Assembly (NCBI RefSeq): GCF_023101345.1
Contig: NZ_CP095848.1
Location: forward strand, 2,485,297-2,549,296
Source: Hymenobacter sublimis
GTDB taxonomy: Bacteria; Bacteroidota; Bacteroidia; Cytophagales; Hymenobacteraceae
Direction: 5' to 3'
DNA: 64,000 nt
In this document: in pieces, positions 46,289 to 56,829 of the stretch
How the letters are laid out: every line of letters begins with the position of its first letter
How positions within the stretch are numbered: position 1 is the first letter of the stretch
Notes under the pieces: model-generated
Database searches by the model: none
What the model was told of the DNA's origin: nothing
What the model saw: the letters and a program-made list of their open reading frames with translations, nothing else
Translations under genes and position numbers: made by a program

Positions 46289-46889
46289 TGGCACGGCCTT
46301 CATCCTGCGCAAAGGCCAACAGCTTAAAGTAGTTGACATTGAAGGCGAGCAGGTTTCCGACTTTATCTGCTATAACCTCGCTGACCGCGCCGAATACTTG
46401 TCCTCGGGCCGTACCATCGATTACGCCGAAACTATTTTTCTGACCAAAGGGCACCCCTTCTACTCTAACCGGAGCAACGTGATGTTTGAGCTAGTGGAAG
46501 ACACCGTGGGCCGCCACGACTTCCTGCTCACGCCCTGCAGCGCCGATACGTTTCGCATCATTTACGGGCATCAGCATCCGCACCGGGGCTGCTTTGGCAA
46601 CCTCTGCGAGGCTCTGCAGCAGTATGGCATCAGCCCCGATGCCATACCTATATGCTTCAATATCTTCATGCACGTAACCGTGGACGGCACCACGGGCAAG
46701 GTGGATGTGCTGCCTCCCAAAAGCAAAGCCGGCGACTACGTTATTCTGGAGGCCAAAACCGACCTGCTGATTGGCATGACGGCCTGCTCAGCTGAAATGT
46801 CGAATAATTACGCCTTTAAACCCATCGGTTACCAGATTCTGGATCCGGCAACTCCGGCGGCAGAAACGGCTGACCCTGCTACCGCCTAG
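46257..46889 (+). CDS. DUF1989-like (urea-carboxylase-associated family) protein
   Basis: N-terminal 'IIPPRSGTAFILRKGQQLKVVDIEGEQVSD' resembles DUF1989. Overlaps the upstream gene by 32 bp. Confidence 0.45.
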   Translation: MTQLTIIPPRSGTAFILRKGQQLKVVDIEGEQVSDFICYNLADRAEYLSSGRTIDYAETIFLTKGHPFYSNRSNVMFELVEDTVGRHDFLLTPCSADTFRIIYGHQHPHRGCFGNLCEALQQYGISPDAIPICFNIFMHVTVDGTTGKVDVLPPKSKAGDYVILEAKTDLLIGMTACSAEMSNNYAFKPIGYQILDPATPAAETADPATA

Positions 46890-46927
46890 CACAGAAAGCC
46901 AGCTAACGACCCTTTGGCGTATTGTTC

Positions 46928-48139
46928 TTAGGAGAGTTGGCAGGTAGTGTGCTGGGGCAGGTACACCCGAAAGGTGGTGCCTTGCCCCACAGTGCTGTCC
47001 ACCTCCACCCGCCCGCCGGCTTGGTGGGCTAAGCGGTTGACTAGGTAAAGCCCCATGCCGGAACCTACTACCTCGGGGTGGAAGCGACGAAACAGCTGAA
47101 ACAGCTGGCGGCCGTAGCGGGTTAGGTCGATGCCCCGGCCGTTGTCCTGGACGCTGAGCACGGTTGCGTCGTCGGAGGCTGCGGTGCTGACTCGGATGTG
47201 CGGGCGGCGGCCGGGCTCGGCGTATTTCAGGCCATTGCTGAGCAGGTTGTATAGCATGCTATGCAAGCCGGGCCGGGCCATGCACACGGTAGGAGCGGCC
47301 GCAAAGTCGAGAGTGAACGTGGCGTTCTGGCCGTTTACCTGCTGCAGGCTCCTAATAATTTCTTCCGTGAAAGGCTGCAGGACCACTAGTTCCAGGGGTA
47401 CTTGCTCCAACTGGCGCTGCAGCTGCACTACCTCCGTCAGCCCCTTGATAGTTGTGAGGATTTGTTGCAGGGCCTGGGTAAACATGCCCATCATGTCGGC
47501 CGCCTCGGGGTCGTGGAAGGTGACGGTGCGCCGTAGCTCCTGAAACAGGCCCGCCATGTTTTCAATGGGCTGCTTTAAATCGTGGGAGGCGGTGTACACG
47601 AAGCTGTCCAGATCGGAGTTGATACGGGTAAGCTGCTCGTTTTTGCTGGTGAGCAACTCATTGGCCTGAGCAAGCTGCTCGCGCTGCTCCTCGGCCTGGG
47701 CCTTGGCCCGCAACAGCTCCTGCTCGTACTTGCGGCGCTCCGTAATGTCGAACAAGGTCACGCGCACGAGCAAGGGCTGCTCGTCGGAGTCGCGCAACAA
47801 CTGGGCGTTCATTAGCACGGGCAGGGTAGAGCCGTCTTTGCGCCGGAGTGAGTAGCTCAATTCCCGCACTTGGTTGCGGACTAGCAGCAGCGGGGCGCAG
47901 TGCGTTTCGTAGTGCAGGCGGCCACCCACGGTAAACAGCTGCTGCAAACACTGGCGCGCCACCAACTCAGACCGCTCGTAGCCCAGCCAGCTCAGCAGGG
48001 TATGGTTTAGCTTTACCAGGGTGCCATCGGGGAGGCAGGAGCAGTACCCGCAGGGTGCGTGTTCGTAGAGGTCATCCAGATTTTCCTGCGTCAGGCGTAG
48101 GTCCAGCTCCGGGAGCAGCTCATCATTGGGTGTGCTCAT
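46928..48139 (-). CDS. PAS-domain sensor histidine kinase
   Basis: HisKA 'FVYTASHDLKQPIENM'; HATPase 'NLLSNGLKY...DNGRGI...GSGMGLYLVNRLA'. Confidence 0.85.
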   Translation of the reverse strand: MSTPNDELLPELDLRLTQENLDDLYEHAPCGYCSCLPDGTLVKLNHTLLSWLGYERSELVARQCLQQLFTVGGRLHYETHCAPLLLVRNQVRELSYSLRRKDGSTLPVLMNAQLLRDSDEQPLLVRVTLFDITERRKYEQELLRAKAQAEEQREQLAQANELLTSKNEQLTRINSDLDSFVYTASHDLKQPIENMAGLFQELRRTVTFHDPEAADMMGMFTQALQQILTTIKGLTEVVQLQRQLEQVPLELVVLQPFTEEIIRSLQQVNGQNATFTLDFAAAPTVCMARPGLHSMLYNLLSNGLKYAEPGRRPHIRVSTAASDDATVLSVQDNGRGIDLTRYGRQLFQLFRRFHPEVVGSGMGLYLVNRLAHQAGGRVEVDSTVGQGTTFRVYLPQHTTCQLS

Positions 48140-48951
48140 GACTCCGGTGTAGGGGTTTTCCCCAGCAAAAAGTGGTCAATGGCCCTGATTGTGGCGGCCG
48201 GGGCGCTCAGGTGCGGGCAGTGGCCGGAGGTGTCCAGGACAACCAGCTCATTCACGGGCAAGTGCTGGTGGAGGTAGGCGCCCACGGCCAGGGGCGCCAG
48301 CGCGTCGTGGGCGCACTGCAAAACCAGGGTTGGAGTTGGCACCCGGGCCAGATCCGCCCGGTTGTCTGAGAGGAAGGTGACGCGGGCGAAGTGCCGGGCA
48401 ATAGTCGGATTGGTCTGGCAGAAGCTGGCGTTCAGCTCCGCCGCCAAGTCGGGCCGGTCGGGGTGGCCCATAATCACCGGCGTAACAGCCCCCGACCACC
48501 CCAAGTAGTTGTCGTCCATGGCCTCGAGTAGCTCCTCAATGTCGGCCTGCTCGAAGCCTCCGAGGTAGTCGGTATCATTAAGAAAGCGCGGGGAAGGCGC
48601 CACCAGCACCAGCCGGCCAATGCGGGCCGGCTCCTGAATGGCGGCCAGCACCCCAATCATGGCGCTAACGGAGTGCCCCACAAACACAACCTCGTGCAGG
48701 TGCAGGGCCGCAAGCACGGCCAGCACATCCTCGGCGTGGGCCAGCAGGGTACCGTAGCGGCCCGGCTCGTAGGCGGTTAGGTCGGAGTTGCCGGCGCCCA
48801 CCAAGTCAAGCAGAACCACCCGGTAGCGCGCCTCGAAAGCTGGGGCTACCAGCCGCCACATGCGCTGGTCGCAGCCGAAGCCGTGCACCAATACCATGGC
48901 CTGCGCCCCTACCCCGGAAATGCTGACGTTGTTGCGAGTGAGAACATCCAT
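48136..48951 (-). CDS. Alpha/beta-fold hydrolase
   Basis: 'MVLVHGFG' and 'GHSVSA' nucleophile elbow; 4-bp overlap with the kinase gene. Confidence 0.75.
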   Translation of the reverse strand: MDVLTRNNVSISGVGAQAMVLVHGFGCDQRMWRLVAPAFEARYRVVLLDLVGAGNSDLTAYEPGRYGTLLAHAEDVLAVLAALHLHEVVFVGHSVSAMIGVLAAIQEPARIGRLVLVAPSPRFLNDTDYLGGFEQADIEELLEAMDDNYLGWSGAVTPVIMGHPDRPDLAAELNASFCQTNPTIARHFARVTFLSDNRADLARVPTPTLVLQCAHDALAPLAVGAYLHQHLPVNELVVLDTSGHCPHLSAPAATIRAIDHFLLGKTPTPES

Positions 48952-49225
48952 ACCGTGGAACCGACAGCCAGCGCCCGCGGTAACGCGGTTTTGCTAGGGC
49001 TACGTGCGCTGTCTTCTGCTCCTAAGGTAGTGGTTTATAAGAATTGAGGAGTATGAGCAGGCAAGTAAACTACTCTTGCTTACAGCCGCTTCACACTAGC
49101 AAACCCTACCGCACCTCAGCAAGTAGTGGAGGGCAGTAGGGTTTACCCTATTTGCGAGGGCAGAGCTGCTGACCGCCGTGGCAGAGAAAAACGGCTAAGC
49201 CATTAGCGAATCGAGCAAGGCCTGA

Positions 49226-49504
49226 TCAGGAATTATGCATGGCGGCGTAGTGCTCATCTATGGCCTGGTCCATAGCCTTCTTAAAGGTTGATAGGAGCTT
49301 AATGCGCTCCGTGTCCGGCATGTTCTGCAGCGTCTGCTCAAATGTAGTCCGGTACACGTGCGCCATAAAGTCGGCGCCGTAGGTAGTAAAGAATCCGTCG
49401 TGGATTTTACTGAAGGCTACTTTTTCGGCTGAGGAAATGGAAAGTGATAAAGCCAACCATTCTTTTGCGTTGTTAGCCAGGCTGAGTTGCAGGTCTTGGT
49501 CCAC
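49226..49504 (-). CDS. Hypothetical protein
   Basis: ORF only. Confidence 0.3.
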   Translation of the reverse strand: MDQDLQLSLANNAKEWLALSLSISSAEKVAFSKIHDGFFTTYGADFMAHVYRTTFEQTLQNMPDTERIKLLSTFKKAMDQAIDEHYAAMHNS

Positions 49505-49533
49505 GGAGTAAGGAAAAAATGAAGAAGCGGACC

Positions 49534-49875
49534 TTACTGCTGGCGGCGGTAAGGCAAGTAGGCGCTGGTAGCAACCGGCGCGGCCACGGCTCCGCGGCCC
49601 CCGTGCGCAGCATAGAAATTTTCTATGGCTGCTTCCAGGCCCGATTCATCGTGCAGGGCTACTGTGGCAAACACATCCTGCCTCGCGAGCGGGGCGGCCA
49701 AGCTGCTTAACCGGCAGCCTTCAATGCCCAGCGGATGCTCAATGAACAGACGGGCGCCGTCCTGGGTGGCGACTTCGTGCTGATAGCGCCAAGCCTGGCG
49801 AAACGTGGGTTGGTTGGCACCGCGTGTGGTGGAAACCGCGGCAAAGCCGAGGCTTCGCAAGTAAGAATCAGTCAT
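49534..49875 (-). CDS. Hypothetical protein
   Basis: ORF only. Confidence 0.3.
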   Translation of the reverse strand: MTDSYLRSLGFAAVSTTRGANQPTFRQAWRYQHEVATQDGARLFIEHPLGIEGCRLSSLAAPLARQDVFATVALHDESGLEAAIENFYAAHGGRGAVAAPVATSAYLPYRRQQ

Positions 49876-49889
49876 GCAGAATAGAAAAA

Positions 49890-50159
49890 TTATGTAACAG
49901 GGGAAAGCTCGGCGGCCCAGTTCACCTGGCGCAGTAGCACGCGAAATTCAGCCTCCGAGGCCACCCGGCCCTGAAAGTTGTAAAGCATTTGCCCATTCAC
50001 CACTTCCAGCAAGGTCAGCTCCCTATCCTCATATACTACTATAGTTTCCTGCCCGCAGGCGCTGTTGCGGCTGTAGCGCAACTGACCGGGCGGAGAAGCA
50101 AATACAACGAAGCCAAGAGCGCGCAGCAGCTCGGCGGAGGGCTGATAAAAAGCAGACAT
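49890..50159 (-). CDS. Hypothetical protein
   Basis: ORF only; tandem with the two genes above. Confidence 0.3.
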   Translation of the reverse strand: MSAFYQPSAELLRALGFVVFASPPGQLRYSRNSACGQETIVVYEDRELTLLEVVNGQMLYNFQGRVASEAEFRVLLRQVNWAAELSPVT

Positions 50160-50388
50160 GAGCAGATGGGAAAAAAGCGCGTGGCAGAAGTGCTGCGCAA
50201 GGGGCCGACAGGTGCCGAAAATGGCAAAGGCGCTGGCTAGAAGCGGTGCTTATACCGGTAGCAAGCCCGCCCGCCGCAGTTAAGTTCAGTATTCCCTAGC
50301 CAACTTCCTAGTTAGTAGCCCAAAGGAATCTTACGTAGCGCGCCACCTCTTGCCCCAGACTCGCGTTTGCGGCCCGCCCATTACGGGT

Positions 50389-50775
50389 TTACTCCGCAGC
50401 TTCAGCCTTAATAAGCTCGATTTCCGACTTATCCAAGGGCTTATGAATCAGGCGGGTAACCAGGGGATTTTGGTCGGCCCGGGCCAGGTCAGTTTGGGCC
50501 AACGACGAGGTGAGGATATAGATGCGGGTGTGGTCCAGCACGTGGGGAGCCACGGGCCGGAGCGCCTCCAGAAACTCCCAGCCGTTCATTACGGGCATGT
50601 TCAAATCCAGCAGGATAACCTGGGGCAGCTCCGGCACCGGGGCCTGCTGCAAATAGCACAGGGCCTCCTGCGCCGACTGAAAAGAGGTAATGGAATCGGC
50701 AAACTCCTCGCGCTGCAGCAGCAGCCGCATCAGGAAGATGCTCGTCATGTCGTCGTCGATTAACACGGTATGCAT
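50389..50775 (-). CDS. Single-domain response regulator receiver
   Basis: 'VLIDDDMTSIFL...ILLDLNMPVMNGWEF...KP'; 10 bp downstream of the kinase gene. Confidence 0.8.
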   Translation of the reverse strand: MHTVLIDDDMTSIFLMRLLLQREEFADSITSFQSAQEALCYLQQAPVPELPQVILLDLNMPVMNGWEFLEALRPVAPHVLDHTRIYILTSSLAQTDLARADQNPLVTRLIHKPLDKSEIELIKAEAAE

Positions 50776-50784
50776 GCTTGCTCT

Positions 50785-52221
50785 TTAGGATAAATGTACA
50801 AGGAACCGGGTGCCGACATTCACGGTGCTGTGCACCGTAATGCGTCCGCCCATTGCCTCAACATGCGTTTTTACTAGGTATAAGCCCAATCCGCGCCCCT
50901 CCGGCTGGGTATGAAATCGTTTGTAAAGCTTAAAGACATCCGCGCCGGCTTTTTGCGTGTCGAAACCCGAGCCGTTGTCGGCTACTTCTACCTGCGTGCC
51001 GGGCCCCGGCTGGCTGGGCGTGGCAGTAATGGTAATGCGCAGCGGCCTTTGCTCCGAGCGGTACTTAATGGCGTTGGAGAGCAGGTTAAAGAAAACGCTG
51101 TAGAGGTAGGCCCGGATGCCGCGCACGCACAGCTTGGCGGGTATTTCGGCGTGGATTTCGCCCCCGCACTCGTCCAAAGAATCCCGGAGGCTGTCAACTA
51201 CTTGCCGCACTACCTCGGCTAGGGGCACCTGCTCCGGCTCCGACACCCCTTGCTTGTCGCGCACCGTTAGGATGGTGTTCATGTCGTGCAGGACGGTGTC
51301 GAGCTGGCGGGTGTTGAGCAGCAAGTGGTGTAGCAGCTGCTCGTACTCCGGGGTCTGCCGCTGCTCCCGCTCCTGGCCAACCAGCAAGTCAACTAGGCCC
51401 AGCATATTGGCCAGGGGCGCGCGCAGGTTATGCGACACGATGTAGGCGAACTGCTGCAGGTCGGTGTTCTGGCGGTACAGCTCCTGGTGGGCCTTTACCT
51501 TGTCTGTTACGTCCGTGAAGTACACCGAGAGGCCTTCTTCGGAAGGAAACGCCTTTACCTCCAGCCACAGCTGCCGGGGCTCAAAGAAGGCCTGAAAGTG
51601 CACAGCGTTTCCTGAGGCCATAGCCAGCCGGCACTGCTGATAAAACTCGTCGAGATTTTGGCCCGTGAATACCTGCCAGGCCGTGTTGCCCAGGAGCTGC
51701 TGCCGGCTCATCCCCAATAGGCGCTCCACCTCACTGTTGACAAAGTTGAACGTCCAGCGCCGGTCGAGCAGGAAAAACGCATCCGTAATGCTCTCGAAGA
51801 TGGTATTGAGCCGCCGGGCCTGCTGGGCAATGATGGATCGGGAGGCTGCCTCCACGGTAATATCCTTGGCCACCATGTGCACGCCCGCTACCTTCTCCTC
51901 AACCCGTAGCGGCACCTTGGTTACGTTCAGCACCCGGGGCTCGGAGCCGTTAATCTTCACCTCCACCTCAAATTCTACCTTATGACCCCGGAAGGCTTCG
52001 GCCAGTTTCTCGGCAAACAGCGGGGCTTTGTCGGGAGGTAGGAAGTCGGAAAAGGGCCGGTGCAGCACCGCTTCCTTTGGCCGGTGTACCACCTCCAGAA
52101 AAGCCTGATTCGCATCCAGAATAACACCGGTTTGGTTCTGAAACAGCACCAGGTCGGGGTTATTTTCGAACAACGAGCGAAACCGTTGCTCATTTTCTAC
52201 CAGCTGCATGTCTATGTTCAT
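50785..52221 (-). CDS. PAS-domain sensor histidine kinase
   Basis: HisKA 'FAYIVSHNLRAPLANM'; HATPase 'NLLSNAIKY...DNGSGF...GRGLGLYLVKTHVE'. Confidence 0.85.
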   Translation of the reverse strand: MNIDMQLVENEQRFRSLFENNPDLVLFQNQTGVILDANQAFLEVVHRPKEAVLHRPFSDFLPPDKAPLFAEKLAEAFRGHKVEFEVEVKINGSEPRVLNVTKVPLRVEEKVAGVHMVAKDITVEAASRSIIAQQARRLNTIFESITDAFFLLDRRWTFNFVNSEVERLLGMSRQQLLGNTAWQVFTGQNLDEFYQQCRLAMASGNAVHFQAFFEPRQLWLEVKAFPSEEGLSVYFTDVTDKVKAHQELYRQNTDLQQFAYIVSHNLRAPLANMLGLVDLLVGQEREQRQTPEYEQLLHHLLLNTRQLDTVLHDMNTILTVRDKQGVSEPEQVPLAEVVRQVVDSLRDSLDECGGEIHAEIPAKLCVRGIRAYLYSVFFNLLSNAIKYRSEQRPLRITITATPSQPGPGTQVEVADNGSGFDTQKAGADVFKLYKRFHTQPEGRGLGLYLVKTHVEAMGGRITVHSTVNVGTRFLVHLS

Positions 52222-52400
52222 GAGCAGACGAGCATATGAGTTTAGTTATCCTATTCGGCTGAAAGGGCCCGTTAGAATAAAGTAGCAGCGCTCCGTTTTT
52301 TTGAGCTCTTAGCTGTTTGTACCTCCACAACCGATCATGCGCCACTACAGCGCTCCAGCCGAATTTACACTTTCACACGCAGCCGTATCGTCTGGCCTAG

Positions 52401-52418
52401 AAAATATTTTCTAGAAAT
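52401..52418. promoter_or_regulatory. Perfect palindrome CTAGAAAATATTTTCTAG upstream of the 50785-52221 kinase operon; candidate operator
   Basis: Seen directly in the sequence. Confidence 0.35.
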
Positions 52419-52633
52419 ATTCCCACCCCGCGCTACCCCTGCAACCGGGTGCTGCCGCTACCCAGCCAGCGCGTGGGCGGTTATTGCTCATAGGCAAGGT
52501 GTTAGAGTGGGCCTGCCGCCGCTGGCCTAGCCCCTACCTCCGGCCCTTACACCAAGGCCTCTGGTTGGAAATACTTTGCTTACGCAAGCCCGTACCAACG
52601 CGCGGTAGGCACCAGTCGCTTTCTGCAAGGCAG

Positions 52634-53206
52634 CTATTCGTCTGCCGGTTGGTACACCAGCACGTAGGCCGGCGGTAGGTTCTGCAGCACGTGGGTCTCG
52701 GTTAGGGCACGGAAAAACCGGGCAAACAGCTTCTTATTTTGGAGCGAGTATTGAAAGAGAATCAGCTTGCCGGCCGGAGCTAGCAGCTGCCGGGTATGCT
52801 CCAGAATACGCCACCCCAGCCGCCGGGGCAACGACGAAAAGGGCAAGCCGCACACCACATAGTCCGGTTGGGGTAGCCCCAGCCGGCGGAGGTAGTCCCC
52901 GGTTTGGTCGGCTGAGCCATGCAGCACGTGCACGTCGGCGTGGCTGGCGTAGCGCTGCTGCAGCAACTGGCAGAACCGCCGGTTTACCTCCACGAGCACC
53001 AGGGCAGTGCCGGCTTTGCGCCGCTTCATCAGGACCTCAGTGAAAACTCCCGTTCCGGGTCCGTACTCCACAATACAGGTAGCCGTATCGAAATCGATAG
53101 GCTCCATTACCTTGTCGGTTAGGGCTTGTGAGCTGGGTACCAAAGACCCCACCGTGGCCGGATTTCGAAAGAACTCTTCGACAAAGGAAGAAAGCATAAG
53201 CCGCAC
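52634..53206 (-). CDS. Class I SAM-dependent methyltransferase
   Basis: Motif I 'IVEYGPGTGVFT'. Confidence 0.7.
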   Translation of the reverse strand: MRLMLSSFVEEFFRNPATVGSLVPSSQALTDKVMEPIDFDTATCIVEYGPGTGVFTEVLMKRRKAGTALVLVEVNRRFCQLLQQRYASHADVHVLHGSADQTGDYLRRLGLPQPDYVVCGLPFSSLPRRLGWRILEHTRQLLAPAGKLILFQYSLQNKKLFARFFRALTETHVLQNLPPAYVLVYQPADE

Positions 53207-53727
53207 CGGCTGGAAAAGGAAATAACGCGCGAACCGGTTGCTGGTTGTACGGAGGCAACTCGATTCAGGCTACCACATAAGGCCGTTTCTCTCCGGTATA
53301 AGCAGGGCAAACAGCAAAAGCGGAAACGAGGAACTGTCATTCCCAGCGAGGCGAAGAAGCTGGGGCAAGCCCTTGCATGGCGAGGCCAGCCGCTGTTTTT
53401 AATACTGCCTCGTGAAAATACAGGCGGAACAGAGCCCTCATACCGAGAGCTGACACTTCCCCGACTGACGTTGCCAATCTACCCTCGTGGTTCAAGCGAG
53501 GCGGCTCGGTACTGCTCTATATGAGTGGGCCGTATTACGCTGGAAATCAGTTTACTTCAGTCACTTGTTTAGCCTATTGCGAAAGTACCTACCTACGGCG
53601 GTAACCCTAAGCCTGTACCATGTAAATACCCGGGAAGAACATATAGGCCTTCGGAGTTATTTATAATTATTTCACTTTTAAATATTACTTTTATAATTAC
53701 TATTTACACGACAACTCGTCCCGCCCC

Positions 53728-55827
53728 ATGCGCCACAGCCATTCTGCCTTGATTTTCTTGCTGCTTTCCTGCTGGCTTCACGCCCCCGCCTCGGCTACTA
53801 GCGGGGGCCAGCCGCCGCGCAAGGAGCCTGCCATTACGCGCATCGGCAGTATTCAGGGTAGTGCGGGGGCGGCCAAGCCGGGCAGCTACACCATTCAGGC
53901 CATCGTGACGGGGATATATCCGGGCCTGACGCCAGGAGGATTTTACGTGCAGGAAGCCGCCGCTGCTTCCGATGGCAACCCCGCCACCTCCGATGCCCTG
54001 TTTGTGGTGCAGCCGGAAACCAAAGTAGCCCTGGGCGACAAAGTGCAGCTAACCGGAACCGTGCAGGAAGCTGGGGCCGCGCCCTCCTTCGATCAGGCCG
54101 TGCTCACCGAGGCTACCGTTACGGTACTCTCCAGCGGCAATGCGCTGCCCGCCTTCACTACCCTGCCGCTGCCCCCCTACTCCGGGGCGGCCTTGGAGCG
54201 CTACGAGGGCATGCGGGTGCAGTTTCCGGTACCACTCACCGTTTCCGACGTGTACACCCTGCGCCAGCGCGGCGAGCTGACCCTCACTACCGGCGGGCCC
54301 GTGTATCAACCCACCCAGTTTATTGACCCAAACGACGACCCCGCCACCGGCACCCGGAGCACCGGCACCAGCAACCTGGCGGCCATCAATGCCTACCAAG
54401 CTGCCAACCTCGACCGCTCCATTCTGCTGGACGATGGCAGCGCGGCCACCAACCCTACCCCCGTTCCCTTCCTCGACCCCACCCTGCGCACCGTTCGGGT
54501 GGGTAGCACCGTGGCCCAGCTGCGCGGCATTCTGGGGTATGGCTTCGGGAAGTGGCGGGTGCAGCCCCTGCCCGGCCCCGACGCCCCGGCCCTGGTGGTT
54601 ACGCGCCCACCCGTGCCCGTATTTGGGCCCCTCGATGTGAAAGTAGCCAGCTACAACGTGCTCAACTACTTCAACGGCGACGGGGCCGGCGGCGGGTTCC
54701 CGACCCCACGCGGAGCCAAAACGCCCGCCGACTTCGTCCGTCAGCGCAGCAAAATCATTCAGGGGCTGGTTCAGATGAACCCGGACATCATTGGCCTCAC
54801 GGAAATTGAAAACGATGGCACGGGCCCGGCTTCCGCCATTCAGGACCTGGTGAACGGCCTCAACCAAGCCCAGGGCCCCGGCACGTACGCTTTCGTGAAC
54901 GACGGTGGAACTACCCAGCAGCCGAACAATACGGATGTCATTCGGTGCGCTATTATTTACAAGCCGGCCGTGGTGGCGCCGCTTGGGGAGGCGCGGGTAG
55001 CTACGGTAACGGGCGTATTTGAGCGGCCACCCCTGGCCCAGGTGTTTACCACCCGCCGCAAGGCCCGCCCCGATACGCTGGCCGTTGTCATCAACCATTT
55101 CAAGTCCAAGGGCAGCGGCACGGGCGTCAATGCTGACCAAAACGACGGCCAGGGCGGCTCCAACGACCGGCGCCGGAATCAGGCCAATGCCCTGGTGCAG
55201 TTCGTGAATACCACCGTGGTACCGGCCGGCACTAAGCGGGTCGTCTGCATTGGCGACTACAACGCCAACTACGAGGAAGACCCCATTGACATCATGCGGG
55301 CTGCGGGGCTGGTCGTTGTGACGCCGCCCACCAGCGCCTCCTACGTCTTCAAGGGCCTCACCGGCTCCCTCGACCACTGCATCGTTACGTCCAATATGGT
55401 GGGGTTTATCGACGTGCACAAGTGGAACATCAACTCCGGGGAGCCGCTTTTTCTGCAGTTCGATGTGGCCGGCGCGGCCACCGACGTAAGCACCCCCTTC
55501 CGCTCCTCTGACCACGACCCGGTGCTCATTGGCGTAAACTTCGCCGGCATTACCCCCGCCAATATGAACACGCCCCGTTTGTTTGTGTACCCCAAGCCCG
55601 CCGCGGGCGGCCGCACCTTTACCCTGGCTGACCTGCCTAAAAACATTGGCCCACTCACGCTGGAAGTGCTTCTGCCCCAGGGCATACCCATGCTTCGCCT
55701 GCACGGCTCCGGTAGCCTGCTTCAGGCCGAGCTCAACCGCTACACCGGCCACTTGGCCCCCGGCATTTACGAGGTGCGCCTGCAAGGCCGCAACCTCAAC
55801 CGCACCCAGCGGGTGATGAAAGAGTAA
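53728..55827 (+). CDS. ExeM/NucH-family extracellular endonuclease (N-terminal signal and OB/LTD region, C-terminal endonuclease/exonuclease/phosphatase domain)
   Basis: Signal 'MRHSHSALIFLLLSCWLHAPASA'; EEP-domain start 'VKVASYNVLNYFNGDG' and 'DIIGLTEIENDG'; C-terminal 'SDHDPVLI'. Confidence 0.75.
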   Translation: MRHSHSALIFLLLSCWLHAPASATSGGQPPRKEPAITRIGSIQGSAGAAKPGSYTIQAIVTGIYPGLTPGGFYVQEAAAASDGNPATSDALFVVQPETKVALGDKVQLTGTVQEAGAAPSFDQAVLTEATVTVLSSGNALPAFTTLPLPPYSGAALERYEGMRVQFPVPLTVSDVYTLRQRGELTLTTGGPVYQPTQFIDPNDDPATGTRSTGTSNLAAINAYQAANLDRSILLDDGSAATNPTPVPFLDPTLRTVRVGSTVAQLRGILGYGFGKWRVQPLPGPDAPALVVTRPPVPVFGPLDVKVASYNVLNYFNGDGAGGGFPTPRGAKTPADFVRQRSKIIQGLVQMNPDIIGLTEIENDGTGPASAIQDLVNGLNQAQGPGTYAFVNDGGTTQQPNNTDVIRCAIIYKPAVVAPLGEARVATVTGVFERPPLAQVFTTRRKARPDTLAVVINHFKSKGSGTGVNADQNDGQGGSNDRRRNQANALVQFVNTTVVPAGTKRVVCIGDYNANYEEDPIDIMRAAGLVVVTPPTSASYVFKGLTGSLDHCIVTSNMVGFIDVHKWNINSGEPLFLQFDVAGAATDVSTPFRSSDHDPVLIGVNFAGITPANMNTPRLFVYPKPAAGGRTFTLADLPKNIGPLTLEVLLPQGIPMLRLHGSGSLLQAELNRYTGHLAPGIYEVRLQGRNLNRTQRVMKE

Positions 55828-55896
55828 GCTGCGAGCAGGATTGTTAGTGAGCCTCTGGCTAGTGGTGATAATAACTGTCTTATCAGGCTGCGTAGA

Positions 55897-55945
55897 CAGT
55901 AACGGAAAGAACGTCATGCTTCGCTGCGCTCGGCATGACGTTCTT
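55897..55945. terminator. Hairpin AAAGAACGTCATGC...GCATGACGTTCTTT with T-run, downstream of the nuclease gene
   Basis: Seen directly in the sequence. Confidence 0.5.
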
Positions 55946-56135
55946 TTTGCCTAAACATTCTTACTATCTATACAGCCTAGGTGCATAGCAATCAGCAGGC
56001 TTCTGCCAACTTATTTAGAAAGCTGTATTATTAATGCGCAGCTTGAAATACTTATTTTTTTAGTATTCCCATTTGTTTACCTAAAATATTCTCCATCTTG
56101 GGAGCTCTTCATTCTATTATAGTTAGCGAGCTTCT

Positions 56136-56801
56136 ATGCGCTTGAGCCTATACCTCACAGCCGGTAAACCATTGCCTTTTGACCACTTGCCTACGCTTAA
56201 GGGCGCGTTTCACCGGTGGCTAGGTCATAATGACGAACTGCACAATGGCCTCTCCCTTTATTCCCTGTCGTGGCTGCGCGGTGGCCAAGCCGGGCGCAAC
56301 GGCTTACAGTATCGAAACGGTGCCCATTGGTCTATTTCCGCCCACGACCCGCAGCTGATTCATCAACTTGTCGGCGGTGTCATCCGGGAGCCGGACTTGG
56401 GCCTGGGCCTCACCGTCCGCGACGCGCGCCTCATTACGCCACCCCAGTTCCAAGATGGCGAGCAGTGGTTGCGGGTGCTGAGTCCCGTGTTTGTAAAGTG
56501 GGAGGTTGAAGCCGGCAAACCCGCTGACCACCTCACGTACGAAGACCCGCGCGCCGACGAGTTGCTCACGGCCACCCTGCGCCACAAGCTCCGTCAAGCC
56601 GGCCTCGACGACACCGGTGCCGCCGTCCGCTTCGACCGGCACTATGCTGGGGCTAAAACCAAGCTTTTCCGTTATAAGGCCGTGCAGTGCCGCGCCAGTC
56701 AGTGCCCCGTCATCGTAACCGGCACCGCTGAGCAAATCCGCTTTGCCTGGTGCGTGGGCGTAGGCCATAGCACGGGGCTGGGGTGCGGGGCGCTGGAATA
56801 G
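56136..56801 (+). CDS. cas6: Cas6-like CRISPR RNA endoribonuclease
   Basis: C-terminal glycine-rich loop 'GVGHSTGLGCG' (GxGxxxxxGxG), an N-terminal RAMP-like fold pattern, and a position at the head of the cas operon. Confidence 0.55.
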   Translation: MRLSLYLTAGKPLPFDHLPTLKGAFHRWLGHNDELHNGLSLYSLSWLRGGQAGRNGLQYRNGAHWSISAHDPQLIHQLVGGVIREPDLGLGLTVRDARLITPPQFQDGEQWLRVLSPVFVKWEVEAGKPADHLTYEDPRADELLTATLRHKLRQAGLDDTGAAVRFDRHYAGAKTKLFRYKAVQCRASQCPVIVTGTAEQIRFAWCVGVGHSTGLGCGALE

Positions 56802-56829
56802 ATTTTACACGATTTATTGATTTTGTGAT

